The notes below the pieces were generated by a model. That model was given only the letters and a program-made list of their open reading frames with translations, was not told the origin of the DNA and did not search any database. Below, in pieces: positions 11,592-20,717 of a stretch of 64,000 nucleotides of DNA. Each line of letters opens with the position of its first letter. The first letter of the stretch is position 1. Both the position numbers and the translations under genes were made by a program. Source of the DNA: Clostridiaceae bacterium (lineage in GTDB: Bacteria; Bacillota; Clostridia; TANB77; CAG-508); assembly GCA_021771025.1 (NCBI GenBank), contig JAETPW010000003.1:108010-172009 (forward strand), given 5' to 3'.

Positions 11592-11621
11592 TAGTATTGG
11601 TAAAAGTGGAAAAAAATATAC
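11592..11621 (-). promoter_or_regulatory. Forespore sigmaG/F-like promoter of the gerK operon
   Basis: GTATA-17-CAATACTA on the minus strand. Confidence 0.5.
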
Positions 11622-11725
11622 GAGAAAGAAAAATTTAAATGAAAAAATTAGAGTAGATTTTCGAGTTCTATTATGATATAATAAAAAGGAAGCTGTATAG
11701 CAAAAGGAAAAAAAGGAAGAGGAAT

Positions 11726-12859
11726 ATGAAAAGTAAAATAAGTAGTTTTATTATGACGATCATTTCTTTGTTCATTATTGCCATTTTAATTATCTTTGGC
11801 ATGATGTTTTGGGAAGATTTTAAAGATACAGAAGTAGGAACGCAAATTCAAAATTTCGTTTCTGATGTTACTTCATTAGCAGATGAAAACTCGGTACAAG
11901 AAAACATAAAAGAACCACAAATCATTGAAGGAAGTTTAGATGCCCTTGAAAGTAGCAGTTCTCCATCAAACACGAATCAGTATTCTGGTGTTAATATCAA
12001 CCGTCACTTTTATGATCAATTAGAAGAACCAGCAAAAATCATATATCGTGCATTAGAAGCGAATAAAGAAGAAATCAAAACAGGAACCCATCAAATTAAT
12101 TTAGGCACAACACTTTCTGATGTGTTAAGTAGTGAAGGTGGGGAAGAAAAACTAGGTTATTACTACCAATCTGCCATAGAAAGTTATATTTACGATAATC
12201 CAGAGGCATTTTACTTAAACGTGAATAAGATGTATTTAAATATTGAAACAACGACCAAAAGAAATAAAACAACCTACAATGTATTTATTAACCAAGGAAA
12301 AGAAGCGAATTACTTAGCAGATGGGTATTACAGCAAAACAGACGTTGACCAAGCCATGGGGCAAATCGAACAAGCCAAAAACCAAATATTAGCACAAAAG
12401 ACAGGAAATACATACAAAGATATTAAAATGGTACACGATTATTTAGTAGACCATATTGAATATGACAGTAGTATTTCAGCAGATGATATTTACAACTTAT
12501 ATGGAGCATTAGTAAGAGGAAAAAGTGTATGTGAAGGGTATGCCAAAGCTTTTAAATACTTAATGGATCAATTAGATATCCCTTGCGTAATTGTTATTGG
12601 AAAAGGAACCAATTCATCAGGAAAAACGGAAAATCATGCTTGGAATTATGTAGAACTAAATCAAACTTGGTATGCGATAGATTCTACTTGGGATGATCCA
12701 GTGATCATTGGCGGAGGAAAAGCAAGTAGTTCTTCTAAGGTGAAATACTTTTTGAAAGGGTCAAGTGAATTTAATCGTGATCATGTACCAAATGGGCAAT
12801 TTACAGAAGGGGGAAAGGTATTTAGTTATCCAGAGTTAAGTGCGCGTAGTTATTCGTAA
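11726..12859 (+). CDS. Membrane-anchored transglutaminase-like domain protein
   Basis: N-terminal TM; VCEGYAKAF, HAWNYV, DSTWDD catalytic triad motifs. Confidence 0.9.
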   Translation: MKSKISSFIMTIISLFIIAILIIFGMMFWEDFKDTEVGTQIQNFVSDVTSLADENSVQENIKEPQIIEGSLDALESSSSPSNTNQYSGVNINRHFYDQLEEPAKIIYRALEANKEEIKTGTHQINLGTTLSDVLSSEGGEEKLGYYYQSAIESYIYDNPEAFYLNVNKMYLNIETTTKRNKTTYNVFINQGKEANYLADGYYSKTDVDQAMGQIEQAKNQILAQKTGNTYKDIKMVHDYLVDHIEYDSSISADDIYNLYGALVRGKSVCEGYAKAFKYLMDQLDIPCVIVIGKGTNSSGKTENHAWNYVELNQTWYAIDSTWDDPVIIGGGKASSSSKVKYFLKGSSEFNRDHVPNGQFTEGGKVFSYPELSARSYS

Positions 12860-12864
12860 GGCAA

Positions 12865-12935
12865 TGTCCAATTGGGGACGGGTACAAATTGGACACTTTT
12901 CTTTGTCCTTTTTGGGGACGTTTCTTAAAAGGACA
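12865..12935. repeat. GGGGACG-core palindromes (two tandem copies); left end of an inverted pair
   Basis: tgtccaatt-ggggacgggtaca-aattggaca and tgtcctttttggggacgtttcttaaaaggaca. Confidence 0.85.
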
Positions 12936-13113
12936 TTTTTTACTGAATATGAGGGATTGTTAGGAAATGGATTTTGTTTTAAACAGAGTCCGTTCTTTTT
13001 TTATGGTTCAGAGCTACTTTAGTACCAATAACTTAAGTAGTAACATTTTTTTATTTATGGTTGTAAAAAAAATGTTTTTTTATTATACTTGATATAGTAG
13101 GGAGGAATGGTTG

Positions 13114-14047
13114 ATGAAAAAAGAAAGAAAGGTAGCAATTAAACTCCTGTTATTTACGATAGGAATACTTTTTATCGTAATCGTTAGTTTGATAACAATT
13201 TATCTGATTCATATTCAAAAATCGAAATTATTCAGTAGTAATCAGGTGGAAGGCATTAATACAAAAGATGTACAGCAAGAAAATAAAATAGCGCAAGATA
13301 AAGCAAATTCATCAACTACTAATAAGATAGAAAATGTGAATCCAGAATCATCATCAATACGAGCTGTCATTGTGCAAGTAAATGAAAATAATTTAATGGT
13401 AATGCCAATAGAAACAGATATTTCATTGGCACTAGCCAGTTTTGCGGAAGAAGGAAATATTGGCTTCAAACAAGGACAAGAAGTTTTGATTTATCATGAT
13501 GGTTTTATCGATTGTACTTATCCAGCTGGTATTTCTCATGTGAGTAAAATCGAAATTGTCAAAGAGAAAAGTTCTGTAACCATACCAGATAAACTGTTAA
13601 AGTCGATGAGTCTTGTTAGTGTATCAGTAGAAAAGATGACAAATACAAGTTTAACCATTACTATTATGGATAAAAATGAGAAACCTTATCATTATCCTGA
13701 TCACTATAAAATAAGAAAGAAAGTAAAAAATAAAGATTATACAGGTAAAGGAAAAAAGGTAGGAGAGGATACCGAAACCACTATTTCAGGATTTACGCGG
13801 TACAGGGGTAGAATATATTTATGAAGAGATAAAAAATTCAAATGAAAGGAAAATACAAACAACAACCAATCCCGAAACAAAAGAAACAAAGCAGGATATG
13901 GATTGGACAAATGAATATGGCGAATTAAAAAGTGGAGAATATGTAATTGAACTATTAGGGGAAGAATTAAACATAAGCATAAAGTTTGCTATTGAGACTA
14001 ATGGAGAAGTGGTTCAAGATAAATTAGAGATAACGAAACAATCGTGA
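13114..14047 (+). CDS. Membrane-anchored protein with YobA-like OB region and Ig-like C-terminus, split by a +1 frameshift at CGG 13798
   Basis: Frame 1 stops at 13824; the +1 frame from GGT 13799 reads GTGVEYIYEE...DWTNEYGELKSGEY...KQS* to 14047. Confidence 0.7.
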
Positions 14048-14089
14048 AAATAAGACTACAAAGTGAAGGAAAAGTAGTTTTTAAAATCA

Positions 14090-14118
14090 TTGAATTATGT
14101 TAATAGATATGATATACT
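14090..14118 (+). promoter_or_regulatory. sigmaA-type promoter of an orphan ~230-nt transcript
   Basis: TTGAAT-17-TATACT with extended TG. Confidence 0.55.
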
Positions 14119-14317
14119 ATAGCAAAAGCCGGGAGACAAAGTAGGAAGGAGGGTATAGATAATGTATCCGGAAGAGGAAAAATATTTCCAATTAATAGCT
14201 AAGGCGGAGAGAGAAGAAGTAAAAAATAGGTTCCGTACTTTATCAAGGAAACCCGGGATGCTGGCTATTCCATTATATTGGGGTAGTTGTAAAAGATCGA
14301 CCAACTATTTTTTAAAG

Positions 14318-14358
14318 CCAAAAGAGAAGAAACCGGATATTGGTTTCTTTTCTTTTGC
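14318..14358 (+). terminator. Rho-independent terminator
   Basis: aaaagagaagaaacc / ggtttcttttctttt. Confidence 0.8.
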
Positions 14359-14459
14359 ACTACTCTACAATAGATAAGGCTTGAATGATAATCCAGTAAC
14401 TCAACCAAAGAAAACAAAAGCAAAACAGTTGCTATTTTACAAAATTTATAGTAAAATAA

Positions 14460-14502
14460 ACAAAGAAAAAATGTCCATTTTGTACCCGTCCCCAATTGGA
14501 CA
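14460..14502. repeat. GGGGACG-core palindrome; inverted partner of 12865-12906
   Basis: Reverse complement matches 12865-12906 with 2 substitutions and 1 indel. Confidence 0.88.
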
Positions 14503-14529
14503 GAGGACAAACAAGAAAGAGGAGAAAAC

Positions 14530-15402
14530 ATGGTCACACTAAAAGATTTTTTCGGAAATAAAATAGAAGTATATGCCTTTGTTGGACCATCAGGAACAGG
14601 GAAAAGTTACCGTGCACAAATGGTGGCCAGTGAAAAAGGAATTAATTATATCATAGATGATGGATTACTCATCCGCGAAAATGGAGTAATTGCAGGAGAG
14701 TCAGCTAAAAAAGCACCGACAAAAGTGGAAACGGTAAAAAAGGCGTTATTTTATAATGAAGCAGAAAGACAAGAAATCATCAAAGCCTTTCGTAAATATC
14801 GCCCTGATAAAATTTTGTTGTTAGGAACATCAGATAAAATGGTTGCCAAAATTGCTGAAAATTTAGGATTACCACCAATTACCGAAACAGTATATATCAC
14901 TGATGTAGCTACTAAACAAGAAATGGAAACAGCAAGAAGAATACGTATAACTGAAGGAAAACATGTCATTCCTGTACCCACTTTTGAAATCAAAAAAGAT
15001 TTTTCAGGGTATTTGCTTGATCCATTACAAATTTTCAAATCAAAAGGAAAAGGTCAAAAACCATACATTTCAGAAAAATCCATTATTCGCCCTACATTTA
15101 GCTATATGGGGAAATTCACGATATCTGATACCGTGTTTCGCCAAATTTTAGAATTCTTAGCCCAAAAGATAGAGGGAATTTATAAAGTACAAAAAACGCG
15201 TGTAGAAAATTATGGCGAAGGAGTAGGTCTTTACATGGAAGTCACCGTTGTGTATGGATCAAATGTAGTCAAAGAAATTAAAAACTTTAAAGAAAAAGCC
15301 AAAAAAGAAATAGAAAAACTAACAGCCATGAATGTAGTAAGTTTAGAAGTAGTCGCGAAAAATATTTATGTGCCAGAAAAACAAGAAGAAGTTAAATCGT
15401 AA
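14530..15402 (+). CDS. P-loop ATPase fused to Asp23/Gls24-like domain
   Basis: GPSGTGKS Walker A; C-terminal VVYG...IEKLTAMNVVSLEVVAK. Confidence 0.8.
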   Translation: MVTLKDFFGNKIEVYAFVGPSGTGKSYRAQMVASEKGINYIIDDGLLIRENGVIAGESAKKAPTKVETVKKALFYNEAERQEIIKAFRKYRPDKILLLGTSDKMVAKIAENLGLPPITETVYITDVATKQEMETARRIRITEGKHVIPVPTFEIKKDFSGYLLDPLQIFKSKGKGQKPYISEKSIIRPTFSYMGKFTISDTVFRQILEFLAQKIEGIYKVQKTRVENYGEGVGLYMEVTVVYGSNVVKEIKNFKEKAKKEIEKLTAMNVVSLEVVAKNIYVPEKQEEVKS

Positions 15403-15457
15403 GAACCAGCATAATACTAGTAAATTAGCCAAAAAACAAAATAGGGGGAAAAGAAAG

Positions 15458-16321
15458 ATGTCATTTGTGGTAGCCATTGATGGACCAGCAGGAGCAGGAA
15501 AAGGAACCATTACTGAATTAGTAGGTAAGCAAGTAGGACTAGTGAATATCGACACAGGGGCGACTTTTCGCTGTGTTACTCTAGCAATGATTAAGAATAA
15601 GATTAAGTTAGAAGAGGAAGAAAAAATAAAAGACCTATTAGCCAGTATTCATATTGACTTAAAAAAAGAAGAAGGAGAAGAAAAAGTTTATTTAGATGGC
15701 GAAGATGTCACAAAACAAATTCGTGAAAAACAAGTAAATGACTTAGTATCTCCAGTATCTACGATTAAAATCGTAAGGGACAATTTACTCCTACTGCAAC
15801 GCAAGATGGCAGAAGGAAAAGATGTCATCATGGAAGGAAGAGATATAGGCACAACGGTTTTCCCTGATGCACAAGTCAAAATCTATTTAACCGCAACAGC
15901 AGAAGAAAGAGCCAGAAGACGTGTAGAACAAAACAAAGAGAAAGGAATAGAAACCACCTATGAAGAGGCACTAGCCAATGTAAAAGCAAGAGACAAAATG
16001 GATTCAGAACGAAAACAAGCACCATTAAAACAAGCCGAAGATGCTATCTGCATCGATAGTACCCAAATGAATATCTCAGAAGTAGCCCGCGAAATCATCA
16101 AAATCATTGAACAAAAAAGAATAGAAAATGTATATGAAGTAGGATTACCATCATATCTGCAACATGACATAGACCAATTTATCGAAGGAAAAAAGAGTAA
16201 TTCAAGTGTTTTAGATTGCTATTTCGACGAATTATATGGTTCAATTAATTCAGCCTACTATTCAGATGAGATCACTGAAGATCAGGCCAATTACCTACGT
16301 CATAAATATCTATTTAAATAA
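15458..16321 (+). CDS. cmk: Cytidylate kinase with fused 65-aa C-terminal antitoxin-like domain
   Basis: AIDGPAGAGKGT, MEGRDIGTTVFPDA, YLTATAEERARRR; extension GLPSYLQ...ELYGSINSA...QANYLRHKYL. Confidence 0.93.
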   Translation: MSFVVAIDGPAGAGKGTITELVGKQVGLVNIDTGATFRCVTLAMIKNKIKLEEEEKIKDLLASIHIDLKKEEGEEKVYLDGEDVTKQIREKQVNDLVSPVSTIKIVRDNLLLLQRKMAEGKDVIMEGRDIGTTVFPDAQVKIYLTATAEERARRRVEQNKEKGIETTYEEALANVKARDKMDSERKQAPLKQAEDAICIDSTQMNISEVAREIIKIIEQKRIENVYEVGLPSYLQHDIDQFIEGKKSNSSVLDCYFDELYGSINSAYYSDEITEDQANYLRHKYLFK

Positions 16322-16345
16322 ATTAAGCCAAAGGAGGAGAGGAAA

Positions 16346-17260
16346 ATGGATTTCACCCCTTATCTACAACAAAATATACCTCGTTTTTATGGAGGAAGTA
16401 ATGGAAATAAACGTGCTATCCAGTTAGAAAATAATAATATCTATATGCTAAAATTCCCTCCTATTGCCAAAGATACACAAAATTTAAGTTATTCCAATAG
16501 TACTATATCCGAATACATCAGTTGCCAAATTATCGAAAGTATGGGGCTAGAGGTACAAAAAACAAGACTGGGAAAAGTGAACATAGAAGGAAAAGAAAAA
16601 ATAGTAGTAGCCTGCCAAGATTTTACCCAAGATGACAGTAAACTATATGAATTTGCGATGATCAAAAACGGATGTATTTGTTCTTCTCAAAATGGATACG
16701 GAACTGAATTATCAACGATATTATCAGCGATTGAAGAACAAACTATCTACCCACCAGAAAAAGTAAAAGACTATTTTTGGGATTTATTTATTCTTGACGC
16801 ATTTTTAGGCAATTTTGATAGGCACAATGGAAATTGGGGATTTTTGATTAACGAAAAAACAGGAGAAATAAAGCTAGCTCCCATCTTTGACTGTGGATCT
16901 TGCTTATTTCCCCAGTTAGATGACGAAATGATGGAAAAAATTCTTCAAGACGAAAAAGAAATGGAGCTGAGAATTTATCAATTTCCTAATTCAGCCTTAA
17001 AAGAAGAAGACAAGAAAATCAATTATTTTGGGTACATATCTAGCTTAGCTAACCAAGACACCAATGAAGCCTTAAAAAGAATATTTCCTAAAATCGAGTT
17101 AAAAAAAGTAAATTCAATCATCGAAAAAACGCCTTTTATTAGTAAGATTAGAAAACAATTTTACCAAGAGATATTAACCAAACGATACGAAAAAATACTA
17201 GAATACAGTTACCATAAATTATATATCCAAGAAAGCAAAGAGAAAGAAGGAATGAACTAG
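16346..17260 (+). CDS. HipA/CtkA-like kinase (putative toxin)
   Basis: YGGSNGNK, YMLKFP, SEYI, NFDRHNGNWG, APIFDCGS. Confidence 0.88.
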   Translation: MDFTPYLQQNIPRFYGGSNGNKRAIQLENNNIYMLKFPPIAKDTQNLSYSNSTISEYISCQIIESMGLEVQKTRLGKVNIEGKEKIVVACQDFTQDDSKLYEFAMIKNGCICSSQNGYGTELSTILSAIEEQTIYPPEKVKDYFWDLFILDAFLGNFDRHNGNWGFLINEKTGEIKLAPIFDCGSCLFPQLDDEMMEKILQDEKEMELRIYQFPNSALKEEDKKINYFGYISSLANQDTNEALKRIFPKIELKKVNSIIEKTPFISKIRKQFYQEILTKRYEKILEYSYHKLYIQESKEKEGMN

Positions 17261-17943
17261 TGGAAAAAAATCTACAAAAACAAGATAAACAAGAAAAACA
17301 ATTGACAGTACAAGCCTTTGACCAAAGCTCGAAAAAATTTGACCATCCAGAAGATTCATGGTGGAAAAAAGTACAAAGAAGGTTTGCTTGGAGCGTATTA
17401 AGAGGATTTTACCGTTTAGGTTATCGCCTAGAAACCCAAGGAGAAGAAAACATTCCTCGAGAGGGAGCATTTATCATTTGTGGAAATCACGTAGACTTCG
17501 TCAAAGTACCAGTCATTGTTCTATTTACGCCAAGAAAAGTCAATTTTATTGGAAAAGCAGAACTATTCAAAAATCCCATTTTAGCATGGCTAGGAGGACT
17601 ATTTGACGTCATTTCCGTCAAACGTGGAAAGCAAGATGTAGAATCCATGAAACGTTCGTTAAAAGTATTAAACAAAGGAGAAGGGCTAGGCTTATTTCCA
17701 GAAGGAACTAGGCGTGGATTAGAAAAAGGAGTCAAAGTAAAAAATGGAGCAGCCTTCATGGCCTTACGCACAGGAAAACCAATCGTACCAGTAGGTGTAA
17801 AGGTAAGTAAGCGCAAAATCATTTTAAACTATGGAAAACCATTAGACTATAGTAAATATCAATCCAAAACACCAGAAAAAGAAGTACTAGAAAAAGTAAG
17901 TAAAGAAATGATGGACACCATAGTTAAGTTGACAAATGAGTAA
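17260..17943 (+). CDS. plsC: 1-acyl-sn-glycerol-3-phosphate acyltransferase
   Basis: NH, KAELF, FPEGTR, PIVPV motifs; typical cmk neighbour; NHxxxxD appears degenerate (NHVDFVK). Confidence 0.85.
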   Translation: MEKNLQKQDKQEKQLTVQAFDQSSKKFDHPEDSWWKKVQRRFAWSVLRGFYRLGYRLETQGEENIPREGAFIICGNHVDFVKVPVIVLFTPRKVNFIGKAELFKNPILAWLGGLFDVISVKRGKQDVESMKRSLKVLNKGEGLGLFPEGTRRGLEKGVKVKNGAAFMALRTGKPIVPVGVKVSKRKIILNYGKPLDYSKYQSKTPEKEVLEKVSKEMMDTIVKLTNE

Positions 17944-17957
17944 AAATAAGATATAAT
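17929..17957 (+). promoter_or_regulatory. sigmaA promoter of typA
   Basis: TTGACA-17-TATAAT exact consensus. Confidence 0.85.
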
Positions 17958-17989
17958 AGATAACGTTGAATAAAAAAGGAGAAGAAAAA

Positions 17990-19804
17990 ATGAACAACCA
18001 AAAAATCAGAAACATTGCGATTATTGCCCACGTAGATCACGGAAAAACCACACTTGTAGACGCTTTGCTTAGACAAAGCCATATTTTTAGAGAAAACGAA
18101 CAAGTACAAGAAAGAGTCATGGACTCTAATGATCAAGAAAAAGAAAGAGGAATTACCATTCTTTCTAAAAATACATCAGTTATGTATAATGATACTAAAA
18201 TTAACATTGTAGATACACCTGGACATGCTGATTTCGGAGGAGAAGTTGAACGTGTGTTAAAAACAGTTGATGGAGTATTACTATTAGTGGATGCTTTTGA
18301 AGGAGCTATGCCTCAAACCAGAGAAGTACTAAAAAAATCATTAGCTTTAGGATTAAAACCAATTGTAGTCATCAATAAAATCGACCGCCCAGGAGCTAAT
18401 CCTGAAAAAGTGGTTGATCAAGTTATTGAATTATTTATTGAATTAGAAGCAACAGATGATCAATTAGATTTCCCAGTCGTGTATGCGTCTGCTAAAAATG
18501 GAATCGCTAAACTAGATTTAGCTGATGAATCAGACAACCTTACTTGTCTTTTTGAAACAATTATTAATACCATAGATGCACCAAATTGTGACTTAGAAGG
18601 ACCAGCACAAATGTTGGTTTCTAATATTGATTATGATGATTATGTAGGAAGAATTGCCGTAGGACGTATAGAAAGAGGAACCATTAAATTAGGAATGCCA
18701 GTTTCCATTTGTGGAAAAGAAGATAAAATTGGTCAAGGAAGAATTGCTAAATTATACACTCATGTTGGACTAAAACGTGTAGAAGTAGAAGAAGTAGGAG
18801 CAGGGGACATCATTGCTTTATCTGGAATTCCGAATATTAATATTGGTGATACCATTTGTGATTTTGACCACCCAGAAAAAATTCCTTTTGTGGATATTGA
18901 TGAACCAACTGTTTCGATGACCTTTAGTGTTAACAATGGACCATTTGCCGGAAAAGAAGGAGAATTCATTACGTCTCGACACATCAGAGATCGTTTATTT
19001 AAAGAACTAGAAAAAAATGTAAGTTTACGCGTAAAAGAAACAGAAAGTGCTGATAGCTTTGAAGTATCAGGAAGAGGAGAATTACATTTATCCGTATTAA
19101 TTGAAACCATGAGAAGAGAAGGGTTTGAGCTATTAGTATCACGTCCAAAAGTTATTTTCAAAGAAATCGACGGAGTAAAATGTGAACCAATAGAAGACCT
19201 AGTTGTCAATGTTCCTGACGATTGTGTAGGAAACGTCATTGAAAAACTAGGAAGAAGAAAAGCAGAAATGGTCAATATGGAACCAGCAGAAGATGGACAT
19301 ACCAAAATTGAATTTAAAATTCCAGCAAGAGGGCTAATTGGTTACCGCACAGAATTTTTAACTGACACCAAAGGGGAAGGAACCATGAATCACATTTTTG
19401 ATTCTTATCAAGCCTTTAAAGGAGAAATCCAATCTAGAGTAAGAGGGACCATTGTTGCTTTTGAAGCAGGAAAATCAGTAACCTATGGACTATTTAATGC
19501 CCAAGACAAAGGGGAATTATTTATTGGACCTGGTGTAGAAGTGTATGAAGGAATGATCGTAGGACTAAACTCCAGAGGAGAAGACCTAGCAATCAACGTA
19601 TGCAAAGAAAAACATTTAACCAACACCAGAGCATCTGGGTCAGATGAAGCACTACGTTTAGTTCCACCAGTTCAAATGTCCTTAGAAAAAGCGATCGAAT
19701 TTATTCAAGACGATGAATTAGTAGAAATTACACCAAAAAATATTCGTTTAAGAAAGAAAATATTAGACACCAAGGAAAGAGAAAGAGCAAATCGAAATAA
19801 ATAA
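17990..19804 (+). CDS. typA: Translational GTPase TypA/BipA
   Basis: [42 protein letters not shown]. Confidence 0.98.
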   Translation: MNNQKIRNIAIIAHVDHGKTTLVDALLRQSHIFRENEQVQERVMDSNDQEKERGITILSKNTSVMYNDTKINIVDTPGHADFGGEVERVLKTVDGVLLLVDAFEGAMPQTREVLKKSLALGLKPIVVINKIDRPGANPEKVVDQVIELFIELEATDDQLDFPVVYASAKNGIAKLDLADESDNLTCLFETIINTIDAPNCDLEGPAQMLVSNIDYDDYVGRIAVGRIERGTIKLGMPVSICGKEDKIGQGRIAKLYTHVGLKRVEVEEVGAGDIIALSGIPNINIGDTICDFDHPEKIPFVDIDEPTVSMTFSVNNGPFAGKEGEFITSRHIRDRLFKELEKNVSLRVKETESADSFEVSGRGELHLSVLIETMRREGFELLVSRPKVIFKEIDGVKCEPIEDLVVNVPDDCVGNVIEKLGRRKAEMVNMEPAEDGHTKIEFKIPARGLIGYRTEFLTDTKGEGTMNHIFDSYQAFKGEIQSRVRGTIVAFEAGKSVTYGLFNAQDKGELFIGPGVEVYEGMIVGLNSRGEDLAINVCKEKHLTNTRASGSDEALRLVPPVQMSLEKAIEFIQDDELVEITPKNIRLRKKILDTKERERANRNK

Positions 19805-19818
19805 TAAATAAAAGAAAC

Positions 19819-19860
19819 AAAGATAAGGTTAGGCAGGAAGAATGTCTAGCCTTATCTTTC
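19819..19860 (+). terminator. Stem-loop after typA
   Basis: aaagataaggttaggca / tgtctagccttatcttt. Confidence 0.65.
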
Positions 19861-19946
19861 CATTAAGCAGATAGTAGGAATAAACTAAGCAAAGTCATAA
19901 TAAAAGCAATATGAAAAAGAAAAAAGGGAAGAGAGGAAAGATAACC

Positions 19947-20552
19947 ATGGATCAAGAAGAATTACAAAAAATCAAACAAAAAGCGTTAGCAGAGCACATC
20001 CCTATCATTATGGATGATACATTACAAGTCATTGACCAATATTTACAAGAAAATAAACCCCAAAAGATCCTAGAAATAGGAACAGCAGTAGGCTATTCTG
20101 CGATGTGTTTTTCCTCATTTTTGCTTGATGGAGGAAGAATCGATACCATTGAACGAGACGAAGAACGAATAAAAGAAGCAAAAGAAAATGTCAAAAAAGT
20201 AGGAGTAGCTGATAAAATTAACATTTGGGCAGGAGACGCAGTAGAAATCTTGCCAACACTAGAAGAAAAGTACGATATGGTCTTTATTGATGCAGCTAAA
20301 GGAAAATATCCATTTTTCCTAAGCCAAGCTTTACGACTTTTATCTCCAACAGGAATCATTTTTGCCGATAATGTGTTATATAAAGGATATGTAATGGGAG
20401 ACTACAATAAGCACAAACAACGCACAGCAGTAAGAAATTTACGTGAATACATTAAAGAAGTAACTGAAAACCCAGAATTAGAAACTGAAATTTTGGAAGT
20501 AGGGGATGGGTTAGCCATTACCAAAAGAGAAGTGCATTCTCGCAAAAGTTAG
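19947..20552 (+). CDS. O-methyltransferase (TrmR/YrrM-like)
   Basis: LEIGTAVGYSA, FIDAAKGKY, DNVLYKG, GDGLAI. Confidence 0.9.
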   Translation: MDQEELQKIKQKALAEHIPIIMDDTLQVIDQYLQENKPQKILEIGTAVGYSAMCFSSFLLDGGRIDTIERDEERIKEAKENVKKVGVADKINIWAGDAVEILPTLEEKYDMVFIDAAKGKYPFFLSQALRLLSPTGIIFADNVLYKGYVMGDYNKHKQRTAVRNLREYIKEVTENPELETEILEVGDGLAITKREVHSRKS

Positions 20553-20639
20553 GTCAAAAACATAGTCCTCTTGAGTAAATCTTTTTAAGATAAAACAAAT
20601 AAAGAAAATAAAAAACACTATTTTCAACATAAAACAAAT

Positions 20640-20690
20640 AAAAATAGAGATATACACTTGAGTTAAGAGTGGATAATCTCTATTTTTTAA
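20640..20690. terminator. Bidirectional stem-loop between convergent genes
   Basis: aaaaatagagat...atctctattttt. Confidence 0.7.
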
Positions 20691-20717
20691 ATTAAATTAA
20701 AAAGTTAAGCTGTAACC

